Below are positions 39,612 through 53,966 of a DNA stretch of 64,000 nucleotides, piece by piece. This DNA comes from Octopus vulgaris. Taxonomy: Eukaryota. Position numbers and translations under genes: made by a program. Numbering within the stretch: position 1 is the first letter of the stretch; each line of letters starts with the position of its first letter. The DNA is taken from contig OX597817.1 in NCBI GenBank assembly GCA_951406725.2, positions 7,564,001 to 7,628,000 of the forward strand, in the 5' to 3' direction. The notes under the pieces were generated by a model. The model was given only the letters and a program-made list of their open reading frames with translations, ran no database searches and was not told the origin of the DNA.

Positions 39612-39896
39612 TATACAAAATCAAGGCTTGGGTATCACTGAATTTTCCGAAGCGAAAGTCCTCATGATCTCTTGCAAAGTCGAACAGGCCGATACCCCTT
39701 TCTTGGGAGGTGCTTTTTCATAGTCATCACACATGGATATAAAGGATCAGCTTCACATAGCTGGTCATCATTCATGTCCTTAATTGAATTCTTTGAATAA
39801 TCTTTCAATCTTCAGATGAGATTGTATCAAAGTAACCACTTTTATGAACTTCATTAATTCATTCAGCTTAAGATTACGTAGCAGCAACCAAAGTCA

Positions 39897-39996
<100 letters not shown>

Positions 39997-40270
39997 CCTC
40001 TTACTTCTTCTTCCTCCTCTCTCTCTATATCTTTGAATTATAAAATGATTAACCATCATATCAACTGTATCACTTTTAGAAAATGCAAAACTACTACTAC
40101 TACTACTACTACTACGATGACGACGCCGACGACTACTAATACTACTAATATTACTACTAATACTCATACTACTACAAATACTACTTCTAATACGACTACC
40201 ACCACCATTGCTATTACTGCCGTGCTGCTGCTTGCTGCTACTACACCTACCATTTCATTTGTATATTCAT

Positions 40271-40342
<72 letters not shown>

Positions 40343-40665
40343 TGTTGGTTTTTGTCCTTTTCGTAGATAAATATCAAGCTGTTTATCATGTGAATAATTT
40401 TTAAATTATTGAAAATCTGACTCGTTTCATCTTTTATATGTATTTATACATACACATATACACTCACAGGCGTTTACACACATTTATATACCCATATATT
40501 TACATGCTTGTGTGTATCTATGTATATATACATACACACACAAACATACATACATATACATACATATATACATAAATACATACATGAATACATACATACA
40601 ACCACCTCTTCTTGTTCGTCCTCCGGTAACGAAGGTGAGACCCGGGAATGCTTTATCTCGTTTTA

Positions 40666-40705
<40 letters not shown>

Positions 40706-40711
<6 letters not shown>

Positions 40712-41000
40712 ATCACGTGACCGACCAGATCATCAGATGCAGTTACACATCGCTGGTCACAATGCGTTCGCATTGTTTTAGCCTTCGAATGACGCCACCC
40801 CGCTGGCTAAGCAAACAGGCCGACAGAAGAAAGAGTGGTGAAAGAATACAGCAGGGATCACCCCCCCCCCCCTGCCGGAGCCTCGTGGAGCTTTTAGGTG
40901 TTTTCGCTCAATAAACACTCACAACGCCCGATCTGGGAATCGAAACCGCGATCTTGCGACCGCGAGTCCGGTGCCCTAACCACTGGGCCATTGCGCCTCC
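40706..41000 (-). mobile_element. tRNA-derived SINE family A with a distinct tail ending in (cacgtgat)2
   Basis: Reverse complement of the ggaggcgcaatggcccagtggttagggc head ending at 41000; inserted between microsatellites. Confidence 0.9.
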
Positions 41001-41022
41001 ACACACACACACACACACTCAT

Positions 41023-41058
<36 letters not shown>

Positions 41059-41708
41059 GTATATGTGGGTGTGTGTGGGTGTCTTCATCTTTGTATACCA
41101 GCACAACATATATTCTATTATTCTATTATTCCTTTTTTATAAACATAGTTTTATTGTTATGCGAATAATTGCTAATTTGAATTTCTCTTCTTATAAATCA
41201 TACAGATGTTTGCAAGGTTTATTGACCCAGACATACATGTTCACCGCTGCAAACCCCTGTCATCTTCTTACGTATAGTTTGTTCAACTTGTAACACCCTT
41301 AATTACGCTAACATTATAAACATTATAAGGAAGCCTCCACTTCAGTGCTCAGTTGGCCAGAAATAGCAGGCAAATGTTTCTCAAGATCATAGCTTATTGC
41401 ATGATCAAGTACATGAATGTGATCCTATACATATGAAAATTAATGGTAAAAATCAATGACACTAACGATTTATAAACATGTGTTACTGTCCTACAGTATA
41501 TTGCCCCGTATTGAACCAATTCATGCCCTTCTGGGAGTTAGCCAACAAGCCAATATTGTTGACTGAAGAAGAAAATAGTATTAGGCATGTGTTTACGTTC
41601 TAAATATTTCTCAAACAGCAAACTTTCCATTACTTGAATAAATAATATATGTGCACAAATATATGAGTATACACATGTATTTATATAATACAATTCTCAC
41701 TCTTTCTT

Positions 41709-42137
41709 TAAGGTACTCAGAAATCTGGATGGTTTTATATTTACAGATTTTTATTAATATGTCACATGATTTTATAAATCATAAAATAGCACTTGCATCC
41801 ACTCTAGTGGATTCTTCAGATTGAATTTTTTCATGAGATTTGTCTCTTTTTATAGTATCATTGAGTGTTTAGGGGTGGAGAAAGATACAGGATAGTAAAA
41901 GAGGGTGAGGAATGGGGAGAAAGTGAGAGAGAGAGTGCGTGTGTGTGTGTGCGTGTGTGCCGTTGTATCTGAAAGGAGTGTAAATGGAAAAGCGAAGGAA
42001 AGGAAGAGAGAAAGAAGAAATTTTTTTTTCTTCTTTATAAAAACATGTAACATATTAGTAAAAATCTGTAAATATAAAACCATCCAGATTTCTGAGTACC
42101 TTATTTCTTCTAATATATAATACCTTTACATCATCTC

Positions 42138-42148
<11 letters not shown>
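41709..42148. mobile_element. Fold-back insert: about 70 bp inverted arms, 45 nt tail abutting (TA)n, degenerate hammerhead on the minus strand
   Basis: Arms 41709-41778 / 42034-42103; reverse complement of 41783-41824: caat CTGAAGA atccac taga gtggat GCAA gtgc TA tttt. Confidence 0.7.
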
Positions 42149-42199
<51 letters not shown>

Positions 42200-42520
42200 C
42201 TTTTATTTGTTTCAGTCATTTGACTGCAGCCATGCTAGGGCACTGCTTTGGGGAATTTTACCCGAATGAATCGACCCCACTGTTTGATTTCTAAGCCTGG
42301 TACTTATGCTATCGGTCCTCTTTAGCCGAAACGCTATGTTATGGGGACGTAAACACACAAACACCGGTGTCTTTTCGTTACCATAACACATGTCGATAAA
42401 TACATATACGATGGGCACTTTTCAGTTTCCGCCTACTAAATCCACTCACAAGGCTTCGGTCGGCCCGAAGCAATAGTAGAAGACACCTGCGCAAAGTGCC
42501 ACGCAGTGGGGTGAACCTAG
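42200..42520 (-). mobile_element. SINE family C-related copy
   Basis: tttcagtcatttgactgcagccatgct..aaatccactcacaaggcttcggtcggcccg..gtgccacgcagtggg. Confidence 0.8.
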
Positions 42521-42977
42521 AACACTCACACACACACACACACACACAAACAGCAAACTGACTGACACGGCTACTAAACGTGAAGATTGCGGGAAGCATG
42601 AAATTACTTGTGTTATTATTATTATACGCAATACTTTAAAATTGTAAAAATTTTCAAAAGTCAAATGTGAGAATCAGGCGATGCTGGAATTTAATTTCCT
42701 AATATGTATGGTGTGTGTATGTGTCTGCATGTTTGTTTGTGTGTGTGTGTGTGTGCTAGCGCGGGGGCGTGTTCAAACATATGTATATGCGTAGAGATGC
42801 ATCCATGTATATGCATATACTCATGGCAAGGTATAACACACGGTGTAACATAGGTCATTTGATAAATTGAAACAGACCGACAGACAGGCAACCAGACAGA
42901 TAGACAAAGCGAGGGTGATAGACAAAACACAGAGATTATATTAGTTATTAATACTTTATACCTCAATACGAGTGAAA

Positions 42978-43013
<36 letters not shown>

Positions 43014-43057
43014 TTATTTATTTATGTATGTATGTATGCACATATACATATATAAGC

Positions 43058-43546
<489 letters not shown>

Positions 43547-43939
43547 CCACGGCTTTGTGGCGGAGTTTTCCCAAATATTTCAATGATATGAGTTTGATAA
43601 TATTCATTAGTCATAGTTTAGCGTATATTATGCTTGTCATGTTTTAACTTGGTCTTCCCCTATAATATTGATATATATAGCCTATATTATCAGCAATTCA
43701 GTTACACTATCCATCACTCGCATGCTTCATCATATTCTCCTTTCCAGTTATCCATAACTATTTTCACTAATAATTCTCACCCATTCTGTGACTCCTGAAC
43801 TCACTAAATCATTTACTACTCAATCACTATACCCTTTCTGGCATTCGCATATCTCGCGCTCCTCACACTCGACACGCATATCAACACGCATTCATTCACA
43901 TACAAACACATACGCGCGCGCATATACATCTAGATATAT

Positions 43940-44179
43940 TCTCTTTTAGTCTTTTACTTGTGTCAGTCATTTGACTGTGGCCATGCTGGAGCATATATAT
44001 ATATATATACGACGGTCTTCAAGCAGTTTCCGTCTACCAACTCCACAAATCCACTCACAAGGCTTTGGTCGGCCCGAGGCTATAGTAGAAGAAACTTGCC
44101 CAAGGTGTCACACACTGAGACTGTACCGGGAACCATGTGGTTGCGAAGCAAGCTACTACCATTCAGCCACGCCTGTGCT
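43940..44179 (-). mobile_element. Internally deleted SINE family C
   Basis: tcagtcatttgactgtggccatgctggagca|(TA)n cgacgg..aaatccactcacaaggctttggtcggcccgagg. Confidence 0.8.
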
Positions 44180-45704
44180 TACATCGTGTCCCATTTGCAA
44201 AAAGTGTAATGTCTCTGACCCTCCACCCTCCACTAAAACTTCTTTCCAGCAAATGCGGTGACAGCAATGATAAACAAACACTTTTTTTCATCAACCGAAT
44301 TGGCTCTCTCTTTCCCTCGTTATATTTCTTTCTGTCCTTTTTTCTTTGCTGTCCCCTCTCTTTCTTTCCCTCTCTTTCTGACCACCAATGTGGATGTTGG
44401 TGAGTCAAACCTAAACTGCCCACCAATCGTGTCTTAGCTTTAAGAACTTGACGAAAAACGATGCGTTTTCTCTTGATAGCAGCGAAACGCACGGCCTTGT
44501 CTGGCGTGAGCAATTCCCATTTGTATTGATCGCCTCCATCGGTCTCTCATCTCCAGAACTGGATTTGTTAAAGTTTATTCCATTTAATGACATCTAACAC
44601 AATTCTCTCTCATCTGCAACATGGTAACTACGGAATGTAATGTCTTCAACGCATCTGTCTATACATTTCTAATACAAACATTCGCGCGCGCGCATTTCTT
44701 TCCTTTTGAAGATAATATGCTCCTACACAATCTTATGTGACATGTTAAAACTCCTTACACATACACACACATACTTAACATACACACAATGCTGCAACTA
44801 CATATACACAAACAGACGGACTTAACATTCTGACGCACGTATAGTAACATTCACACACACAGGCACACACATGCACACACAAACATATATACATACATGC
44901 ATACATATGTATATATGTATGTGTATGCGTGTGTATATATACACATACATGCGAACGCACTCACAGAGATCTATGCAGAATCACTTATACTTTCTGAATA
45001 AAAGCGTCATCCATACGAAACGTGTTAACCTCGATACAGATATTCAGGGCTTCTATAAACAGAGGACTGAACATCAAATGTACAGATCTCAGTATCGTAG
45101 GAGGATCTTCAAAAGCTATGGGCTCTGCTCCGCCTCCTCTTACAAATAAAATAATTTACAGTAGAACTCAATATTTTAGTGGCTATCTTCTCAAGAAAAA
45201 ATATATAAGGCATACGAGTATAAACATATAGAAATGTAACAAACAACATTTTTGCCTGCAGCCCTTGGGGACTTTACTTACGTGAAAATAGAAGACACTA
45301 ACACAATTAAATTTCTGTTATGAAGCAATTTTGCTATTAGTATTTTTTTCTTGGGTCAATAGTTATGGTTCCTATACAGTTTATACTCTTCTGTATTTCT
45401 GCAAGCTATGTGTTGTTCAAATTACTGTACATAAATATGTGTACACCTGCTGCGAGGGGACTTTCCATTCCTCAGGACTTTCCATAGAAAAACAAGAATA
45501 TTTGAAACTTGGATGTAATATATTCAACAGTACAATATTTATTACCTTGCCAATCTGACTACTTAATCTACACCGCCTTTTTGAGTGTATATACATACAT
45601 CTATACACGCACACACACATACATACATTTATATATGCACTTAAAATAAAATTGTATGTACAAGTATATATACTTGTATACAGATATACATATTTTGTAC
45701 ATGC

Positions 45705-45750
<46 letters not shown>

Positions 45751-45836
45751 TTATTTATTTACATATATATACATATATACATATATTTACATATATATAC
45801 ATATATATGTATATGCATGTGTATGTAAATGTGTAT

Positions 45837-45916
<80 letters not shown>

Positions 45917-46166
45917 ACCTCTCTGCCGTCAACAATGTAGTGACGTCAGTTGTGTTTATCTTACATTAATGTATTAAAAATTATTACAAAATAAACTGAG
46001 ATATATGTTAATGGTCGTCTTGCTAATGGCCGTTGCAAATACCGGGATAACAGGAAATTGACGTCTGTTTAAAGTAAAGGGAAGAATAGCATTACTTTTG
46101 TATTACTGGCTGTGAAAGTTAATCTTGAGATGAATACTTCCCCTCGTGTCCAGCTAATAGTATTTA

Positions 46167-46230
<64 letters not shown>

Positions 46231-46459
46231 TTCAACATTGCCACTATACGTGTAATTACAAATATATGCATATACATACATACGAAAAAAAGCTCTCTCC
46301 TGCTTTCTCCTTTTGTACATTGATATGTATGCGAGCGCCTGTTTATGTGTGTATATGACTGTGCAACCGTGCATAATGGCCGTGCATACGCATATATCCA
46401 AGTTCGCAAATCATATACATATATAATAATATAATGCGACATACATACTCTCTCTCTCT

Positions 46460-46537
<78 letters not shown>

Positions 46538-46591
46538 ATATATATATAGAGAGAGAGAAAGACTACAGTGAATTTGGTGTGCAAGTAGAAA

Positions 46592-46626
46592 AACCAACGT
46601 TTCGGACAATGTCTTTCTTCAAGGAA
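46592..46626 (-). ncRNA. Degenerate minimal hammerhead-like motif next to (TA)(GA)n
   Basis: Reverse complement: ttcc TTGAAGA aa gac att gtc c GAAA cg TT ggtt; stem I only about 2 bp. Confidence 0.35.
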
Positions 46627-46899
46627 GACGTAAAACTTTGCTGCTTCTCGGTAATTTCTCTGCTGTCACCCTTTTCAAATTCGGAAAAACAGTGGGTATA
46701 TATGATGTTCCGGTGATCTGGTGATTTGATGAACTAGTTTTCTGTATATGCATTGATTTGTGAATATACAGTTACATTGTATAAAGCTGAGCATGCATAC
46801 ATATTAATGCAAAGATGTATTCATCCCTTTTTTCCATGTCGAAATCGAAATTAACGCATGAAGAATGTTACAAAACGTGTGTGTGTGTTACGAAACGTG

Positions 46900-46930
<31 letters not shown>

Positions 46931-47227
46931 CGTTCCCTTTCCGTACTGCAATGAGTTGGACGAGTGGTTATAATCTGAGTTCATGCTTATTAGGAGACTC
47001 GGTTATTCGTTTCTCTTAGAGGAGACAGTACAATTTGGTGTTCACTTCCTCTAGCTGGCTATTCTTCCTACGACCAAGCACTTCGCAACGTGTATTTGAT
47101 ACGATTTTATCATTGTACCAACACCTATAATGTTTCTTTATATCGCGTAAGACTAAAAGATTTTCACTATCCTATGAAGTGTGCATTATGTACATGTGTG
47201 TGCGTTGTGCATATGTGTAGTTATGTC

Positions 47228-47265
<38 letters not shown>

Positions 47266-47574
47266 CTGACAGAGTTAGGGAGAGAGGGATCCAAGAGAGA
47301 GCCAAGTATGGAAGGAGGGAAGTAGGTAGGTAGGGTAGGTAGGTGTCAGTGTACAGACAACACTATTTTTATATCAAACATTCGTTTCCTTTTCCTTCTT
47401 TTTTCATTAGTCTTTCTTTTAGTCAGTTTGCTTATATACTTTTTGTTTTGCATTCTTAAAGTTACTTTAGCCAAAGTTACCCCTATTTTCTACTTTTCTC
47501 GGATTTTGTAAGGGGCAAAGTTTTATTTGCATCCCTTCTTTTCAGATTTAACTCCTTGGTTTAAATCAATCAAG

Positions 47575-48690
47575 ACAGCTACCTGCCATTATAACCTTGG
47601 TGGACTTCAGCAAAGCGTTTGACAGCATCCATCGTTGCAAAATGTCGTCGATCCTCCGAGCATATAGTATTCCAGAAGAAATAGTTCTTCCCATTGTAAA
47701 GACCTACGAGAAGATCAGAGCTCGTGTGTTGTCTGACAGAGAAACGGAATTCATTCAAATACTAGCTAAGGTGCTTCAAGGAGATACGCTTGCGCATTCA
47801 TCGCTTGCAATTGTATTGAATTATGCAATGCAGCAGGCTATAGGCAAGAGACGAAGACCTTGGTTTCATCACAGACCAGCAAAGATTGTGGAGAGTACCA
47901 GTAGTAATCATTACAGACCTGGACTTCGCAAATAGTATACCACTCTTATCTAAAGAAATCGATCAAGCTGCTCAGCAGAGTAGAAACATCGGCTGCTAAA
48001 ATTGGACTGCACACAAATCGTCGAGAAAACGGAATACTTGTCTTTAAACAAAGCAAGTGACGCTGAACTGCTTGCTTTGAGCGGTTCCAAATTTAATGTT
48101 GCTGAAGACTTCAAGTATTTAGGTGGTTGGATGAGCAGTTTCGGAAGCAGATATCAAGATCATTATGGTACAAGAATGGACAGCCTATCACAAACTAAAG
48201 AAAGTCTGGAACTCCAAATTTCCCAGGAAAATCAAAATCAAGCTGTTCATTGCAACTATCGAATCAGTGCTATTATATGACAGTGAAACATGGACACTGA
48301 CAAAGAAATTATCAAACGCACTAAATGGATGCCAACAAGAGTGCTTTGAATGGCCTTAAAAGTTAAATGACAGCAAAGTATGTCAAAGGAATGCCTTTAT
48401 AGAGACTTGCTGAAAGTTAGCAAGAAGATCAGGAAAAGACGGTTGCAACTATTTAATCACTCCGTGTGTCACCCTACATTGTAAGCATCCAAATTATTCT
48501 TGTGGAACCCACTTCATGGTGATATAAGAAGAGGGAAACGTCGTCACACTTACATCGACAACTTGATTGCAGACACTGGGATGCAATGTATCCAAGGACA
48601 TCGAACCAGAGATAATGGACCGCGAAGTATGGCGTGTAAACTTTGTTGCTGCAGCCCGGGTTGGAACCCAGCTATAATAATGAAATGATG
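47575..48690 (+). pseudogene. 5'-truncated RTE-clade LINE, reverse transcriptase remnant
   Basis: VDFSKAFDSIHR, VLQGDTLA, TDLDFA(N), FKYLGGW, ESVLLYDSETWTLTK and LWNPLHG..RRG..TYID spread across several frames with stops; short ataata/tgatg tail. Confidence 0.9.
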
Positions 48691-49173
48691 TTGTCAGAAA
48701 GATTCTGTAAACACTTCACCTCTTGACTGAATCTAACAAAACTTTCATGCAATTCACTGAAGTAAATACAGTTAGTCACAAGAGGATCCGAGTTGGGGAA
48801 CATTTTAGGCCCTCCTATAATAGTGAAAGTGATGCAGAAAGTCCCAAACGCGAACATTCACAGCTTAATATCATCATCATAAACGCTGAGTCGTAAGGAA
48901 ACTACGGTATAATCTGAATGCCTGCAACAAATTAAACCCTGCAATTATTAAGAAGTTGCGACATTAAAGATGGCTGGTGACTTATCATGATTACCCACAA
49001 GCCTGTACGTGAAACGTAAAATTAGCCATAGTTGTTTAATACGACGCCCTTAATAGAAGCACATCTGACTCTTTGAATTTAGAGAACCAGAGCTAATTGA
49101 TGGGCTGCGTCTGTTTCGGTTAGTAGTCACGTTTGTTCTGGACTGATTCTCCGGTAAGTACTTCAGCATAACC

Positions 49174-49296
49174 AGAAGTGTATTTCGGGATATACGCGTT
49201 ATGTAACACCAATCGATGTTAGCGCCTATAATAAGAAGCGTATTTCGGGATATACACGTTATGTAACACCAATCGATGTTAGCGCCTATAATAAGA
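49174..49296. repeat. 60 bp direct tandem duplication (2 mismatches)
   Basis: agaag(t/c)gtatttcgggatatac(g/a)cgttatgtaacaccaatcgatgttagcgcctataata x2. Confidence 0.95.
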
Positions 49297-49820
49297 TTTT
49301 ACTTCATAAGCAAAGTCAAAAATAAAGTTTTATGTTATACGAGTCTTACTTAGTTTAGCAGAATAACAAAACACTTGCGCTTCACTCAGTAATAATATAG
49401 CTAATTGTTGCATTATGGACGTTATAGACAATAGTGAAAAAATGGAAGACGTTAGACAGTAAACTGATTGACGTCAGTGTTTTAACGAACCAAAATAAAA
49501 TATATTTCAAAGATATTTATTAACCAAGACGGAAATATAATACAAATGGCCAACAGAATTTCAAATAATAATGTGAGACTTCGCAGACATTGGATAGAAT
49601 TAGCAGAATACAAAAATGGCTCATAGAAACTAAAGGAATTATTAAATAGACACCCACACATAAACTTACGCATGTGCACGCGCAAACACACACACATACA
49701 CACACGCACATGTGCTCGCGCAAGCGTGTGTGTATACTAATATATACATGTATATACATATATGCCTGTATATGCTTGCATATATATATATATATATATA
49801 TATGCAAACATATACAGGCA

Positions 49821-49891
<71 letters not shown>

Positions 49892-49913
49892 ATATACATA
49901 TATATATATATAA

Positions 49914-49945
<32 letters not shown>

Positions 49946-50762
49946 CTCATACATGTATATATACATGCAACATATATATATATATATATATACATACATA
50001 CATACATACATACATACATACATACATACGTACATACGTACGTACATACATACACACAAGCAGTCATATATGCATAAATTTCTAAATACAAAAACGTACA
50101 AAGGAAAACGTTTTTTTTATTTTCATAAACTATTAAAAGATACTCAAAAACCTTTGCAAAGCTACTACGAAGTACAAAAGCAACGGGATTCCAAAAATAA
50201 GTGATGATTAAAGTTTTTCTCTTATTAGAACAAATTTTAATAATTTTCATATCAACTTTCGATTCGTTTCTGCTTTCTTTTATATAATTTATTTACCATA
50301 AATTTCGTTATTATTTTTTTCTTTATTTTGTTTTCTAAATTTGCTTTCTTCAGAATTATGTGGTTTTTTTGTCTTTTGTTTTCGTTTACTTTTTTTTTTT
50401 TTTTTGTTAGGCTATTGGGTTGTTTTTGTGTTTGTTTGTTTTTTATTCTTTAAAGATGATGCAGAATTTATTTGCGTCATTTCTTGACAGAATTATGTTT
50501 TTATCTCCCAGTCTCTTAATCAACAATAAAACTGAATTATACGAATAGAAAAGATATATTAGTTCTTATTTATGATACAGATGTATTTTATTGCATTTTT
50601 TTTGTCTTTCTTTCCGTCGCTTGTTTTATCAGTTTTTTTTGTTGATTATCTTTTATTTATTTTATTTTCCTTTTAATATTTTCTTTTTAGCTTTTCTCGG
50701 TTTTGCTTTAGGTATAGTATCTATGTAATTGGATAAGAGACATCTGCTTTCAATATAGGCCC

Positions 50763-51182
50763 TCATCATTATCATCATCATCATCATTAACAGAATCGTC
50801 ATGACCATGCTCATCATGATTATCATCATTATAATTAACTCACTGATTATGATCACAATCATCGTCAACATCATCATCGGTGACATCATTGTCAACATTT
50901 TTGTCATCGTTAGCAGCAGCAACAGCGGCTACACCGTTCATCATCAGCAGAATATTCATTATCCTCAGTATCAGAGTCAGTTGCTGTAGTACTAGTGTCA
51001 TCATCAGCAGCAGCAGCACCATCATTATCAACATCATCGCCATTTTCGTCACCATGGTCATCACTACTGCCGCAGTAGTAACCATCGTCGTTATCATCAT
51101 CGTATTCATCACAAGCGTTACATCATTATTATCACCATCATCGTCATCATTATCATCTTCTACATCAATAACAACAACAACA
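50763..51182. repeat. Degenerate (CAT/CAG)n trinucleotide low-complexity tract
   Basis: Direct reading; gives poly-M/I/S pseudo-ORFs. Confidence 0.85.
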
Positions 51183-51742
51183 GGATTATCATGAATAACA
51201 ACGTCCTATTATTAACCTCAGTGCCAACATTATTCCTAAGAGAGCCGAACATCATGGGCCTAAAATCTTCCTCGAATCACACTGTAACTTTTAAGGAGAA
51301 TACTATATTGGCCAGCGCAGAAGTCTCTGCTATTCAAAGGCGAGATGTCCGTCGCTCTGATGCGGGCTAACATTGGACTGGCCAACGACATCATTCTCCT
51401 TCGCGATCTTCCTTGTCTATGTTTAGTCTTTTATACGCTTTATATTCTCTATATTTTTATATTATCTGTATGCTTTATATTACCTACATCTTTTATATTA
51501 CCATAGTGTCTTTGTTTTATATCTACATCTGTCTTCTTATGTGTGTATTTGTATGTTATCTTTATTTTATGTGCTTCTCTTTCAATTGTTTAGCTACTAT
51601 CATATCGTCTACTTCTCACTTATTACCGTATCAACTTCTCTTTTATTCAGTCTATCATTCTTCTAAGTCATTTGTCCGTTTTTTTTTCACTCCTCTTACC
51701 TCGTATTCCACAAACACACACGCGCGCGAGTTTGTGTGTGCT

Positions 51743-51786
<44 letters not shown>

Positions 51787-53271
51787 CATGAGAAAGTACT
51801 TCTGCAATTTAGTTTGTTTTGTTTTTTCGTAATTGTATAAAAGTAGTTCTATAATTGGTAGAACGAATCTGTACAGAACATTTTTAAAAACCTGATTCTA
51901 TCATCTCCACATAACATTATAATAATTGTTAATTATTTTTTTTTAAATATAGATAATTACTTGAAATTCGTTTCATGTTAATATAAAGACCATTGTTTAT
52001 TTCAGCTAAACCTGCAGGCTAGAAAAACCTAATGTAATTCAGTGTAACGTAATCAGAAACCGTATTTCTAAAATTTCAGAATAGCTAGTTGTTATACATA
52101 CATAATGACAGTGGACATATAGGAAATTAGTAATTTCAGAAATATATACATTTATGAAAGGTAATGAGTTATTTCTATAACTATAGAATTGTATCGTTCT
52201 GTGTGGGCATGCTGAATATGAGCGAACTCAAGAATAAAATTATTTCAAAAGTTAACAGGAATAAGGAAGGAATTCGTATAAAAAGATGTATATTCAATTT
52301 ATATGATTTAAGCTGGTTTTGTCTTTACAGTTGTTTCAAATGATCCATGAATATTTCATATAACAAGGCATATTATGCAAACAGGTTCAATACAGAAACG
52401 ATATTACTCGTATATAGAAAAGCAATAACAGTATCATCTAGTACGAATTTTATAGGCTGAGTATCTCTATGCAACAGATTCAGAAGACGAAGAGCGAATC
52501 ATGCATATGTAACTATCGACCTACGTAAATATCAGCATAAAATGTATGACAGATATTAGCACACATAGCTTACAACTTCTCCCCATTTATCCCTCTTTTT
52601 CTCACCAAACTGAAATATCCTTCTCTGAAAAACAATATCTTTTCTCACTTATTCATAATTAATTTCAAAATGGTGGAATTAATTCATATGCAGAAACCTT
52701 TATCTCATTCGCTTTCGTTCACTTCTTCGTCTCCCTTTTTCTTTCTTCTTCTTTTCCTAACTCGCCAAATATGCCCTTTCTTCGTCTGTTTAAAAATTGC
52801 TGTTCCCATTTCTTTTTTTTTTTGTCTCTGTTCTTCTAGTTACATTTAGATACATTTTCCACACTCGTTTAGACATCCTCCGTATTCATCGCCTGAAAAT
52901 TCTAGTTTTCTCTCACTAAGATTACCAGTTTGCAATTAACAAGGGTATATCTCACTGTATTGTAATAAGCATGCATATACACATATAAATATGCATATTA
53001 TCTGCTACAGTGAGAAACTCAGCTATAAAATCAATATACCTAAAAACTTGACCTGCGATAACCAATAACATGACCTGGAATTTTTTGGTGACATCTTGTA
53101 TATATGCTTTATGTATACGCGTAGGGAATAACGTAATCTTCACAGTAGCAACACAGAAGGCGTTGGGCGCATAATCTAAATAAAAATTATTCTCTAAAAC
53201 AAGTATTCAATAATTATATTTTCCGTTAAACAAAAACCGTAACGTATTCACACACACACATACGCACACGC

Positions 53272-53344
<73 letters not shown>

Positions 53345-53395
53345 ATACTTGATTAATGAGAGAGACGGAAGACGGAAGATACGAACATTTTATTG

Positions 53396-53501
53396 ATCAC
53401 TACAATTGCTGCGACCCATCTAGCCTCGATCTCTAACGGGTGGGGTACTCAACGTTTGGTTTAGGTGTATCCGTCGGTGCAGATGGATTCCCTCAGGTGA
53501 T
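53396..53501 (-). ncRNA. Degenerate hammerhead-like motif with long stem II, next to (CA)(TA)n
   Basis: Reverse complement: atcac CTGAGGG aatccatct..agatgggtc GCAG caattg TA gtgat; stems intact, core mutated. Confidence 0.45.
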
Positions 53502-53703
53502 TACAAGATGTATCTCGTTAAAATAACCTCTGTTCTGCAAGATTTCTTCTCGGTATATGTATACAAAAGCAACAAATTAAGTGCTACAGCTTCGTTATTA
53601 TAGAAGATGAATAACAAATATCAAATGAAAAAGAAAGAAACATTTGTATGTGTATATACATACACACACACATACACACAAACAGACATATGTATATATA
53701 TAT

Positions 53704-53966
53704 TTCTAATTCTCTCTAAAGGAGAATACGGCAGCGGTACTGGATATTAATGGTTATTACCAAGCTAACATGGCAATCCAGAAAAATAGGACGAATGTTG
53801 CCGTTGAATAGCCCCAAGAGGCCATCTCCTCTAGCTAGGTATGTGACACACGAACCCGTGCCCATTATAACCTTCGAACAGGGGAGGTCAGCCGCTTACT
53901 CTTGCTGGTCTGGCATCTACAGACTAGTTTCAGGGTATTTGCCCTTTACCAATGTAGAGCAGCCGA
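53704..53966 (-). mobile_element. Linear copy of the U3:A8 hammerhead family
   Basis: Shares tctctctaaa.gagaa..cggcagcg, ataaccttcgaaca.gggaggtcag and the ribozyme block with 62472-62826. Confidence 0.75.
53916..53958 (-). ncRNA. Type I hammerhead motif, U3:A8 core with additional A6G
   Basis: Reverse complement: tctaca TTGGTAA aggg caaata ccct GAAA ctag T C tgtaga. Confidence 0.65.

Noticed and set aside
50662-51194. Overlapping ORFs rich in M, I, S, T, H and Q
   Set aside because: Degenerate (CAT)n tract open in several frames on both strands; no splice or domain support.
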